A stretch of 64,000 bases of DNA, from positions 8,928,001 to 8,992,000 of the forward strand of contig OZ234494.1 in NCBI GenBank assembly GCA_965153455.1, in the 5' to 3' direction. This document shows positions 35,532-46,931 of the stretch, piece after piece; position 1 is the first letter of the stretch, and each line of letters starts with the position of its first letter. This DNA is from Sphagnum compactum. Its lineage: Eukaryota. The position numbers and the translations under genes were made by a program. The notes beneath the pieces are model-generated. The model was given only the letters and a program-made list of their open reading frames with translations, made no database searches and was not told the DNA's origin.

Positions 35532-38500
35532 ATGTCTTCTTTTCAAATGGAGTCCTTGAAAGTCATGGAGAAGTTTGATGGTGGCAACTTTCACCTTTGG
35601 AAGTTCAAAATGCGCATGATGCTTTCCAAACATGGGCTTTGGAAATTTGTTGATGGGAGTGCCACCTTGCCAAGTGAAGAAGTTGCAAGGGCCGATTACA
35701 ACGAAAAAGAGACCAAGGCTTTTGCATTGCTTTGCGAACATCTCACGGATGCCCAACTTGCACACATTCAATATTGTGACAATGTGAGAAGTGCGTGGGA
35801 GGCTCTTTGTGGTGTGCATGAAGCTAAGACCATTGGCAACAAGTTGTTCCTTCGAAGGAGATTCTTCACCATCAAAATGCAAGAAGGAGATGACATGCTT
35901 GTGCACATCAACACGGTGAAAGCCCTTGCGGACCAACTACGTTCCATCGAGGTGAACATTACGGATGAAGATGTTTACATGGTACTCCTCATGAGCCTTC
36001 CTCCATCCTTTGATAACTTAGTCACAAGCTTGGAGTCCATGTCCACGAAAGATGTAGACCTTCAATTCGTTGTAGCAAGGTTGCTTCACGAAGTGTCCAA
36101 AAGAAAAGAATGTGAGAATTCCGAGACTACCGCATTAGTGAACAAAACTCACAAGCCAAATGAGAAGCTTTGCTTTTATTGTAAGAAACCCGGACATTTT
36201 GTGAGAAATTGTTTGAAGAAGAAAAATGATGAAAAAGAAAAAGTTAATCAAGCTTGTGAAGATCACGAACAAATGTTTATTGCGGCATTGAGTGCCAATG
36301 ATCATACCACGAATGATTGGATTGTCGATTCGGGTGCAACGCAACACATGACATTCGAACAAGAATGGTTTACCACGTACGAGCGCATTTCCCCAAGGAG
36401 GGTGTTCATGGGCGATGACACCGTTTTGGAGGCCATTGGCAAGGGGAGCATCAAAGCCACATTGCAAGTGGGAGGCCAATTGACACACACAACCATCACC
36501 CAAGTTCTTCATGTTCCAAAAATGAAGAATAATCTCATTTCGGTGAGCAAACTCATTTCGGAAGGTTTCAAAGTGGAGTTTGACAAGGATGGTTGTAAGG
36601 TCAACGACGCTCGAGGAGTTGTTGTGGCGCAAGCACGAAGGGACAAGAACTTGTACCTTCTTAATGTGAAGGTGCGTAAGGACATGGCACACATTGCAAA
36701 TTCTTTGGAGGAAAGTGCGATGCTTTGGCATGAAAGACTTGGCCATCTCAACATGGCAAGCCTTAAGGAATTAGATGCCATGGTGGATGGCATGAATTTG
36801 AAAGAAGTGCCGTTGCATCACATTTGTGAAGGATGCGTCAAAGGCAAACATCAAAGAACATCATTTCCCAAGGACGGAGCAACGAGGGCTTCACAACTTT
36901 TGGAGATTGTGCACACCGATGTGTGCGGGCCAATGAAGACTACATCCCATGGTGGAGCGCGATACTTTCTCACTTTCATTGACGATTTCTCAAGGAAAAC
37001 TCATGTCTATCTTTTGAAGGCCAAAGGAGAAGCGTTTGAAAAGTTCAAACAATACAAGGCCTTGGTGGAGAACGAAATTGGTCACAAAATCAAAGTGCTG
37101 CGTTCCGACAACGGAGGAGAATTTGTGTCTAAAAAATTTGACGCATTTCTTGCGGAATGTGGAATTCAACGACAAACAAGTGCGCCCTATTCCCCACAAC
37201 AAAACGGTGTTGCGGAACGTGCCAATAGAACCATCATGGAATGTGCAAGAAGCATGATTCTTGCACAAGGGTTGGAACTTCAATTTTGGGGCGAAGCGGT
37301 GAACACGGCGGTGTACATCAAAAATCGATGTCCAACCAAGGCTCTTGATTCCAAGACCCCTCAAGAAGCGTGGAGTGGTAGGAAACCCGATGTGTCCCAT
37401 TTGAGAGTTTTTGGTTGTAAGGCCTTTGCACATGTCCCCGATGAGAAGAGGACCAAATTAGAGTCCAAGTCCATGCCTTGTGTGTTTTTAGGATATTACG
37501 AAGGCACCAAAGCGTATCGCTTGATGTGTGTGAAAACCAAGAGAATCATCAAAAGTAGAGATGTTGTGTTCATTGAAAGGTCAAAGGAAATAGGTGGTGT
37601 ACCTCATCTTGAGAAAGAAGAAAATGTAGTTGTGCATGAAGAAGTTGAGCGAGAAGAACCATTGGCCTTTAGTCAAGATAGACCTTTGAGTGAAACAAGA
37701 ATGGAAGGTGTGCAAAGTGAATCCACACCAAGTTCTTCATCTGAAGAGGAATTTGTTGTTTCCAATGACAACCCATCTTGTGAACCTTCACAAGATATTG
37801 CGAGGGAAAGACCTCAAAGGCAACGAAGGGAATGGCCTCGGGATTGGTGGATTGCTACCAAAGAGGTGGAGCGCGCCACCGTTGCATTTTTGGAGGAGCC
37901 CCAAAATATTGAAGAAGCATTGACATGTGAAAATTCCAAGGAGTGGGAGTGTGCGATGCGAGAAGAATATGATTCCCTCATGACAAACAACACATGGACT
38001 TTGGTACCACTTCCCGCCGGTAGGAAACCCGTTTCTTGCAAATGGGTGTTCAAAATCAAACAAGGCGCAAATGGGGAAGTGGAACGCTACAAGGCTAGAT
38101 TAGTAGCAAGAGGTTTTACTCAAACCTACGGAGTGGATTACAACGAAACTTTTGCGCCGGTCGCAAAATTTGCATCTATTCGTTGTATTCTTGCATTGGC
38201 GGCCTTGGAAGACATGGAGATCCATCAAATGGACGTGAAAACCGCATTTCTCAATGGCGAGCTTGAAGAGGAGATTTACATGGAGCAACCTCAAGGGTTC
38301 GTGCACCAAGGAGGTGAACATCTCGTGTGTAAGCTTCAGAAGTCCTTGTATGGTTTGAAACAATCTCCGAGGGCATGGAATCAAAAGTTAGATGCGTTTC
38401 TCAAAAGCATTGAATTTATCAAGAGTGAGGCGGATCCTAGTGTGTACGTTGCACAAGTGGGAGATGTGAAGTTTTTCATTGTGGTCTATGTGGACGACCT

Positions 38501-39446
38501 CATTTTGGTGTGCAACGATCAAAACAAACTTTTACAAATCAAAGAGGAATTGAGTCAAAAGTTTGAAATGAAGGACCTCGGGGAGTTGCATTTCTTTTTG
38601 GGGATGGAGGTGGAAAGGAATCGTGATGAAAGACTCCTACGCATCAACCAAATCAAATACCTCAAGGAAATATTGAAGCGGTTTCGAATGGAAGAATGTA
38701 AGCCCATTGGAGTTCCATTGGATCCCAAGGTGAAGTTACAAAGGAATGCGAATGGAAATGATGAATCAAAGGGATTCCCATATCAACAAGCGGTTGGGTC
38801 TTTGATGTATGCCATGTTGTGCACACGACCCGACTTGGCATACCCAATAAGCGTGTTGAGTCAACACATGGCGAACCCTAACATGGAGCATTGGATGGCC
38901 GTCAAACGAATCTTTCGATATTTGCAAGGTACATTGCAAATGAAATTACAATTCGGTGGAACACCATCCAAGGAAGTTCTTGGATATTGTGATGCGGATT
39001 GGGGTGGTGATCTTGAAGATAGGAGGTCCACCACAGGGTTTGTTTTCATGATTGGAGGTGGAGCGATTTCTTGGAGTAGCAAACGACAACCCACAATAGC
39101 ATTGTCCACCACGGAGGCGGAATACATGGCGAACACGCAAGCCACAAAAGAAGCCGTATGGATAACAAAATTGATGATGGATTTGGGATACATGGAGGAG
39201 AAGAAAATGATGGTGATTCGATGCGACAATCAAGGTGCGATATCATTGACCAAGAATCCCACTCACCATGCACGAACAAAACACATTGATGTACAACATC
39301 ATTTTGTTCGAGAACGAGTTGAAAATGGAGAAGTTGGATTTGAATATTGTCCAACGGAACACATGGTGGCGGATGTCCTTACTAAGGCATTATCTAAAGA
39401 ACGACATCATAAGTTGATAAACATGTTCGGATTAGAAACTTCATAG
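35532..39446 (+). CDS. Copia gag-pol polyprotein, 1304 aa (gag, zinc knuckle, PR, INT, RT, RNase H)
   Basis: Uninterrupted ORF from ATG 35532 with CX2CX4HX4C, DSGA, LWHERLGH..C..C, integrase D-D-E, YVDD at 38487 and GYCDADW; INT before RT is copia order. Confidence 0.98.
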   Translation: MSSFQMESLKVMEKFDGGNFHLWKFKMRMMLSKHGLWKFVDGSATLPSEEVARADYNEKETKAFALLCEHLTDAQLAHIQYCDNVRSAWEALCGVHEAKTIGNKLFLRRRFFTIKMQEGDDMLVHINTVKALADQLRSIEVNITDEDVYMVLLMSLPPSFDNLVTSLESMSTKDVDLQFVVARLLHEVSKRKECENSETTALVNKTHKPNEKLCFYCKKPGHFVRNCLKKKNDEKEKVNQACEDHEQMFIAALSANDHTTNDWIVDSGATQHMTFEQEWFTTYERISPRRVFMGDDTVLEAIGKGSIKATLQVGGQLTHTTITQVLHVPKMKNNLISVSKLISEGFKVEFDKDGCKVNDARGVVVAQARRDKNLYLLNVKVRKDMAHIANSLEESAMLWHERLGHLNMASLKELDAMVDGMNLKEVPLHHICEGCVKGKHQRTSFPKDGATRASQLLEIVHTDVCGPMKTTSHGGARYFLTFIDDFSRKTHVYLLKAKGEAFEKFKQYKALVENEIGHKIKVLRSDNGGEFVSKKFDAFLAECGIQRQTSAPYSPQQNGVAERANRTIMECARSMILAQGLELQFWGEAVNTAVYIKNRCPTKALDSKTPQEAWSGRKPDVSHLRVFGCKAFAHVPDEKRTKLESKSMPCVFLGYYEGTKAYRLMCVKTKRIIKSRDVVFIERSKEIGGVPHLEKEENVVVHEEVEREEPLAFSQDRPLSETRMEGVQSESTPSSSSEEEFVVSNDNPSCEPSQDIARERPQRQRREWPRDWWIATKEVERATVAFLEEPQNIEEALTCENSKEWECAMREEYDSLMTNNTWTLVPLPAGRKPVSCKWVFKIKQGANGEVERYKARLVARGFTQTYGVDYNETFAPVAKFASIRCILALAALEDMEIHQMDVKTAFLNGELEEEIYMEQPQGFVHQGGEHLVCKLQKSLYGLKQSPRAWNQKLDAFLKSIEFIKSEADPSVYVAQVGDVKFFIVVYVDDLILVCNDQNKLLQIKEELSQKFEMKDLGELHFFLGMEVERNRDERLLRINQIKYLKEILKRFRMEECKPIGVPLDPKVKLQRNANGNDESKGFPYQQAVGSLMYAMLCTRPDLAYPISVLSQHMANPNMEHWMAVKRIFRYLQGTLQMKLQFGGTPSKEVLGYCDADWGGDLEDRRSTTGFVFMIGGGAISWSSKRQPTIALSTTEAEYMANTQATKEAVWITKLMMDLGYMEEKKMMVIRCDNQGAISLTKNPTHHARTKHIDVQHHFVRERVENGEVGFEYCPTEHMVADVLTKALSKERHHKLINMFGLETS

Positions 39447-39454
39447 AGTGGGAG
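39445..39454 (+). promoter_or_regulatory. Polypurine tract AGAGTGGGAG
   Basis: Overlaps the pol stop codon and abuts the 3' LTR. Confidence 0.88.
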
Positions 39455-39943
39455 TGTTAGAAATACTATTCGTTTCTAATTCCCAATGTTGATGAATGTG
39501 TTAAACATTCATCAAAAGGATGAATAGTATAGACATCCTTGTAGTTGTTAGGTTAGGGTTTAGAAGTGAAGAGTACTTAGGGTTTGGCGGCGGCTAGGGT
39601 TAGGGTTAGGCGGCGGCTAGGTTTAGGGTTTGGTGGCGGCTAGGGTTAGGCGGCGGCTAGGGTTAGGGTTTGGTGGCGGCTAGGTTAGGGTTAAGTGGCG
39701 GCTACTTAGGGTTAGGAGATATTATATAATGGAGTGGTTTTGAGTTGTCTTTCATTCCTTCCTTTCATGGTTGTTGAGTGCACATAGAACCTTCAAGCTT
39801 TGTTAGTTGTTGCAAGCCATAGTTTTATGATTGTAGCATTTGAAGCATACAACCTTTGTAATCTTCTTTTAGTTAATACAATTGTTCCATTTCATGAACC
39901 TTGAGTGTTGCATTTCTTACTTGTATTCAAGTTGTTTCCAATA
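39455..39943 (+). repeat. 3' LTR of the intact element
   Basis: Same sequence as 34373-34861 on visual comparison. Confidence 0.99.
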
Positions 39944-39948
39944 AGAAC

Positions 39949-41043
39949 ATGTCAATGCGTTGGTACCATGCTCTCGGTGATTGTTTGAGCCCGTACAACG
40001 ACTTCTTCAACTTACACACGAGGTGTTGCTTGCCATCTTGCACGAATCCTTGCGGTTGGTCCATGTAGATGTCCTCCTCCAATTCCCCATTCAAGAATGC
40101 AGTCTTCACGTCCATTTGGTGGATCTCCAAGTCCATGGCGGCTCCAATTGCAAGCATGCATCTAATGGTGGTGAACTTGGCCACCGGGGCAAATGTCTCA
40201 TTGAAGTCCACACCCTCAACTTGAGAGTACCCCTTGGCCACCAACCTTGCCTTGTGCCTCACGATGTGGCCCGATGCATCCCTTTTTGTGCGAAACACCC
40301 ACTTGCATCCCACACTCTTGCGATCCTTTGGAAGAGGCACCAACTCCCACGTGCCATTGGCCATGAGTGAGCCATACTCCTCTTGCATGGCCGCCTCCCA
40401 CTTGCTTGCATCCTCCGAACGCAGTGCATCACACAAATTCAATGGATCATCAAGACAAGCAACATTAGCACGTTCCACATCTTGTTGGGGTAGGATGTGG
40501 TTCTTCCACCATTCTCCAAGCGGTCGCCGCTCCCTCAAGGGGTACTTACTCTCCTCCGAGGGCTGCCCCTCTTGTTCACCACTTGTGCTTGCATCTTTAG
40601 ATGGTGTTGAAGGTGTTGATGAACACCGTGGGGTTGGCGGTGCCTCTTGATTGCTTAGATCTTCTTTGGCATCACTTACGCCCTCATCATCATCCACACA
40701 TGGCGATTTGGAAGATGTGTCCACAATCACCACATTAGGGGTCTCATTTCTCCCACTTGGACGCATCTTCAAATCATTGCTGACACTAGTGCTATCCTCC
40801 ATGAACTCAACATCCCTACACTTGATGATCTTTTTGGATTGCACACACATAAGCCTATATGCCTTGGTGCCTTCACAATACCCAAGAAACAAGCATTTTG
40901 TGCCCTTTGCATCAAGCTTACTCCTCTTCTCGTCCGGCACCATGGCATACGCAATGCATCCAAACACACGCATGTGTGAAATGCAAGGCTTTCTCCCACT
41001 CCACGCTTCCTCGAGTGTGATGGACGGCAACGCCCTTGATGGA
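39949..41043 (-). pseudogene. Family B integrase C-terminus and RT N-terminus
   Basis: ORF 39927..41030: EAWSGRKP, RHKARLVAKGY, LYGLKQSPRAWYQRIDMF; continues in frame at 34372 once the intact element and one TSD copy are removed. Confidence 0.95.
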
Positions 41044-41940
41044 CCAAAATAGTGTCATCGCCCATGAACCCCCCTCCTTGGGGGAATGCGCTCGTTCGTC
41101 GTAAAGCATTCTTGTTCGAAGGTCATGTATTGTGTTGCACCGGAATCGACAATCCAATCATACGTGGTATGATCATTGGCAATCAATGCGGCAACAAACA
41201 TTTTCTCGTGATCTTCACAAGCTTGATTAGCTTTTTCTTTTTCATCATTTTTCTTCTTTAAATAATTTCTCACAAAATGTCCAGGTTTCTTACGATAGAA
41301 ACAAAGCTTTTCATTTGACTTGTGAGTTTTGTTCACTAATGCGGTAGTTTCGGAACTTTCACATTCTTTTCTTTTGGACACTTCGTGAAGCAACCTTGCT
41401 ACAATGAATTGAAGGTCTACATCTTTTGTGGGCATGGACTCCAGCTCATGACTAAGTTATCAAAGCATGGAGGAAGGCTCATGAGGAGTACCATGTAAAC
41501 ATCTACATCCGTAATGTTCACTTCAATGGAACGTAGTTGGTCTGCAAGGGCCTTCACCGTGTTAATGTGCACAAGCATGTCATCTCCTTCTTGCATTTTG
41601 ATGGTGAAGAATCTCCTTCGAAGGAACAACTTGTTTCCAATTGTCTTAGTTTCATGCACACCGTAAAGAGCCTCCCAAGCACTTTTCACATTATTACAAT
41701 ATTGAATGTGTGCAAGTTGGGCATCTGTGAGATGTTCACAAAGCAATGCTTTGCCTTCGTCTCTTTTTCGTTGTAATCGGGCCTTGCAACTTCTTCACTT
41801 GGCAAGATGGCACTCCCATCAATAAATTTTCAAAGCCCATGTTTAGAAAGCATTATGCGCATTTTGAACTTCCAAAGGTGAAAGTTGCCACCATCAAACT
41901 TTTCCATGACTTTTAAGGACTCCATTTGAAAAGAAGACAT
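41044..41940 (-). pseudogene. Outer element gag and protease
   Basis: ATG at 41940; several frameshifts; WIVDSGATQYM; joined to family B integrase near 41044. Confidence 0.92.
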
Positions 41941-42534
41941 TTTGAACACAAATGCTACAACAAGCACTCTCCCAAAAGATCGAAAGCTTTGGAAAAAATG
42001 GTTGACACCTAACGTAAACTTGAAAATCTAACATTTGCAAATCTTTTATTGTACAAGCTTGAAATTGCAACAATGGGAAGAACTTTCTTTAACACATTTG
42101 AATGTTGACACTTTCAACAACTCGAAATCTTCTTTTTCACACACCTTAAACTTTCAACAAATCGAAGAACTCTCCTCCACACACCTCAAACTTTCAACGA
42201 ATCGAAGAACTCTCTTCCACACACCTTAAACTTTCAACGACTTGAAGAACTATCTTCCGCACACTTTCTCAAACTTGAAGAACTCTCTTTCACACACTTT
42301 CTCAAACTTGAAAAACAAGTTTTGCACGCTTGAAAAACTTACAACACTTTGAAGAAATCTTCTCTTCCACACCTGCCACTCATTTGGAAATGAACTCACA
42401 CTCTCTTTGCAACCTTGCAAACTAAAAATCTTCCCTCAAAGGATTCTCCCTTTCTATGCCATACAAGCTAAACCTTTGACTACTTCTTGTTCTAACACAG
42501 TGTCCTTTCTCTTGCTTGGTGTGGGCCCATAACC

Positions 42535-42995
42535 TATTGGAAACAACTTGAAATGCAAGCAAGAAATGAAACACTCAAGGTTCATGAAATGGAACGATTG
42601 TATTAAATAACAATAATCACAAAGGTTGTATGCTTCAAATGCTACAATCACAAAACTATGGCTTGCAATAACTAACAAAGCTTGAAGGTTCTATGTGCAC
42701 TCAAAACCATGAAAGGAGAGAATGAAAGACTCCTCAAAACCACTCCAATATATACTATATTCTAACCCTAAAGTAGCCGCCACTTAACCCTAACCTAGCC
42801 GCCGCTTAACCCTAGTCGCCACCAAACCTTAACCGTACCGCCGCCAAGCCCTAAGTAGCCTCCACTTCCAAACCCTAACTACCACTATTTAATTTAACTT
42901 AACTACTATAAGGATGTGAATACTATTCATCCATTTGATGAATGTTTCACACATTCATCAACATTTGGAATTAGAAACGAACAGTATTTGTAACA
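42535..42995 (-). repeat. 5' LTR of the outer element
   Basis: Family A LTR in reverse, adjacent to PBS 42521-42534. Confidence 0.95.
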
Positions 42996-45900
42996 AATTT
43001 TGGGGCAGAACAAGGGCGCCCTTTAGTGTGACATTCAAGTTTTTGTAAACAATTTCATCCACAACATTTTTAAGAGTATGTTTATTGCACACATTATATA
43101 TGTAATCATGGCCACACACTAGAAATGTAGTTTTTTAATGACTACCTTCCATGGTTTTTTGGTGTTGAATTGAATTTCTATTAACTAAAGAATATGTACA
43201 TTTTGTCTACTGCACCACCAGTTCAAGCAATGGCCTTGAGGTGCATCTCAATCTCTGCTCCCATGGCTTTTCACCATATATTGTCAATGTTTGAAAATAT
43301 CACCAACGATGCAAAATTAGTAAACAGATTTCTTTGGCCCAAGTTCTACTGGTTGACAATAAGGTGAGATGTACCAATGTTGGCTTATGTTATTGGATGC
43401 ATACTTTAGATTGCTTGTATGCTATTGGGAAGAATTGGTCTCAATTTTTCTTTTTGGTATTGCAAATATTTTTCAAGAGCATGGATGTTCATATATAAAA
43501 CTTGATGGGGTTCAACAAACCTATTAGCTAGAGCTACCTCCTATCCAATTCCCTTTTGTAGAGGTGGTATTGTTGTTTTTGATTTAAAAGCTTGTAAGGA
43601 ATGAGGATGACGTGGTGCTTTTCACAGGGGGGTAGTGTTGTGTTGTGTTTTGAGTGTTGAATGCAACTACACATATGTTCTAAACTATGTTGCTGGTGTG
43701 GGCACTAGATTCAGGTATAAACCAATATATGTGAGTTGGGCGTGTTTATGTTGCACCACGTGGAATTCTTTCTTAGAGCTTCACAAGTTTATAAGCCACA
43801 AAGGCAAGGGCAATTATAAGTTTGTTTCTTTGGGCATTTTTTTTTGTCGAAAGTACAAATCAGGTTTTGACCCTACTTCAATTAGCAACTTACTACTGGC
43901 CATAGCTACAATAGAAGCATTACTTCATTTTGATGAATGAAAATCATTTCACATGGAACTTGCAATAGACAATGTTAAAAAAGTTTTAGACCTTAATAAA
44001 TTGTAGCCTTTGGAGTGTGATTTTTTGGGTGATGATTATCCAACATTGAAACTTGTCTTTTGTTATTCAAATGCAAGTAAATGGCATGTTTAGGTCGAAG
44101 ATTCTAACACAAAAGAGTATATATCCTCTGTTGATATTCTACATGGTCTTAGTCTTCTACATATAACACACAAGGTGAGAATTTGCCACCTTTTCACTAA
44201 ATGTAACATGGGTTACTGGATTTATCTTCTTTGAGGCCCCCGATTTGTCATCATGAAATTTGAGATTGTCTTGCTCCCTTTTTGCCATTGATACAAGGAA
44301 AGCTTTAGTATTATTAGTTCACAACTACCAAATGGGTGCACATCCTTTCAATAGTTTACCCCTTGAAATCATTGAATCCACCTATGCATTTAGTATGTCA
44401 TTATTTTTTAGGCTTTCACAGTATGGTTATATTGAAAGCTCAATCTAGGACTACAACATGTACTGAATGTTACAAAGTAAAAACTTGTTAATTTCCCAAT
44501 TGACATGGGCTGAAGCTGAGGATTGAATATTCGTGTCTATGATTGGATGTTCTTTTAGGTGATTGGGTGAACCTCCTATTAGTGGCTTTGGAGTGGAGGT
44601 TAGACCACATCAAGATGAAATATTAGGTTTAGAAGGGGAGGCGTTGAAAGAAAAGCTCCATAAAATTGTTGTCCATCTCTTATGCACATGTGGCCTTCAA
44701 CTGTTATTCTAAAAACCTTTATAGTTGTGTTGTTTGTCTTTTTTACTTTGGTTGAATATCAAATTATGTATTGTCCCTTCTTTTTTTGTTTCCATTGATG
44801 GAACTTTTTTGTTCTTTCTTTTTAACTTGGGCTTTGTCTTTTGTCATATTCTCTTTTGGCGCAGGTTTACTTTCCTGAAATTTTCATTTGATGGATTTTA
44901 GTTTTATTGACCTCTTCATCATTCTCACATTATTGGAAATCATAGACACCTTGCTTCCATGTTATGCATACATGAATGTAATATTGTTCCAAAATGTGGT
45001 TTTCTTGGTAGGTCTGGAATGCTTTGAAAGATGTTATTGATGTGCAAAATCTAGAAACTATTTCTGATGTGTAGGTATTCTTGATCTCCTTCTTTTTCCT
45101 TTCTCGAGTGTGTGGTAAACACCCTTTTTTTTATGATAAGAGCTGTTATATTTTTTATATATTTGCTATCTAAGTTTATGGTGAATAAACAATACATTCA
45201 ACTTTTCTAGGGGCTATCAAACAAATGTTGGGGTGTTTTCTTTCTCTTTTATCTTTCCTTCCTCCTATAGGTTTCTATAGTCTATGACAACTTCTTTATG
45301 TAGACTTGAGAATAAGGATTTGTAGATTTCTTCACATGGACCTAGGACATATTAGGAAGCGTGGAAAATTACAATTAAAAACAATTCCAAAGGACCTTAT
45401 TGGAAAACCAGATGGCTAGAATCGTAATTTCTTACCACCTTATGAATTTTTTGTGCTTTCATGCTTCTCTAAGCAGTGGTGCATTATGAACTAGACCATT
45501 GAACTATGAACTAGTGATCTAAGTAGGTTATCTCTTCTAGGTATATGCCATCCTTTGAGAAAAGGTATGTGCCTATCTTGACTAATGAACCATCTTAAAG
45601 TGAAAAATGTGTTATGAGCCATTTTGAACTAGCTTGATCAATGGGGAATTGCAGGAGAACATTTGTGGCCGAGGTCATATAGATTGGTGGAAAGCAGACC
45701 ATAATTTTCTAACTTGCATAATTAACGTTAAGTTGACATAAATCGTTAACTCACATGTTGGTTTTAATTCTTTGATATCTCCATATTAATATTTCAATTG
45801 TATGTTCACTAGTTTTTGCCTTGTTTGTTGTTTCCATTGATTTGTTTTTCTTTATTTGATTCCTTGTTTCCTTAGCTATAGATTGCATATTACTTCTTCA

Positions 45901-46049
45901 GGTTGTTAATTGTCTTGCTTTGTACCATTTGCAATAAATTCATCATGCAGTAACAAGTGATTTCGGGATTGCATGTTGAGTAAAATGAAATCTTACATGG
46001 TACTAGCACATCATGAGGCAACACCAGACATAGCCATTGACATACTTCT

Positions 46050-46931
46050 TGTTAGAAATACTATTCGTTTCTAATTCCCGATGTTGATGAATGTGTGAAA
46101 CATTCATCAAAAGGATGAATAGTATTCACATCCTTATAGTACTTAGGTTGAGTTAAATAGTGGTGGTTAGGGTTTGGAAGTGGAGACTACTTAGGGCTTG
46201 GCGGCGACTAGGGTTAATGTTTTGTGGCGGCTAGGGTTAGGCAATGGCTAGGGTTAGGGTTAAGTGGCGGCTACTTTAGGGTTAGGAGATAGTATATATT
46301 GGAATGTTTTTTAGTAGTCTTTCATTATTTCCTTTCGTGGTTTTGAGTGAACCTTCAAGCTTTGTTAGTTGTTGCAAGCCATAGTTTTGTGATTGTAGCA
46401 TTTGAAGCATACAACCTTTATGATTTTTGTTACTTCATACAATTGTTCCATTTCATGAACCTTAAGTGTTTCATTTTTGCTTATTTTCAAGTTGGCTTAT
46501 TTTCAAGTTGCTTATATTCAAAACCACGAAAGGAGATAATGAAAGACTCTTCAAAACCACTCCAATATATATTATCTTCTAACCCTAAAGTAGCCGCAAC
46601 TTAACCCTAACCTAGCCGCCGCCTAACCCTAGCCGCCACGAAACCCTAACCCTAGCCGCCACCAAGCCCTAAGTAGTCTCCACTTCCAAACCCTAACCAC
46701 CACTAATTAACTCAACCTAACTACTATAAGGATGTGAATACTATTCATCCATTTGATGAATGTTTCACACATTCATCAACATTGGGAATTAGAAACGAAT
46801 AGTATTTCTAACACTCCCACTCTATGACGTTTCTAATCTAAACATGGTTATCAACTTATGATGTCGTTCTTTGGATAATGCCTTGGTAAGGACATCCGCC
46901 ACCATTTGTTCTGTTGGACAATATTCAAATC
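46050..46931. mobile_element. Inverted pair of family A LTRs plus PPT and pol end
   Basis: Plus-strand LTR 46050-46493; minus-strand LTR part 46519-46813; PPT; reverse complement of ...MFRLETS* up to about 46931. Confidence 0.92.

Larger units (their letters stand above)
34373..39943 (+). mobile_element. Intact full-length Ty1/copia element, family A1 (5571 bp)
   Basis: LTRs 34373-34861 and 39455-39943 (489 bp, no difference seen by eye); TSD AGAAC at 34368-34372 and 39944-39948; PBS, PPT and a single ORF. Confidence 0.99.
32860..41043 (-). mobile_element. Family B element (3' half), middle member of the nest
   Basis: 3' LTR 33262-32860, PPT AAAGTGGGAG, pol pieces 34372-33163 and 41043-39949; the 5' half is deleted. 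Confidence 0.9.
30536..42995 (-). mobile_element. Family A element, outer member of a three-level nest
   Basis: 5' LTR 42995-42535 with PBS 42534-42521; 3' LTR 31037-30536; TSD AATTT at 30531-30535 and 42996-43000. Confidence 0.9.

Noticed and set aside
35493-39354. Antisense and alternate-frame ORFs over gag-pol
   Set aside because: Shadow ORFs; they recur only because the element is repeated and show no recognisable domains.
43001-46049. Host gene right of the nest
   Set aside because: Exon-like patches with many stops; I could not recognise the protein.
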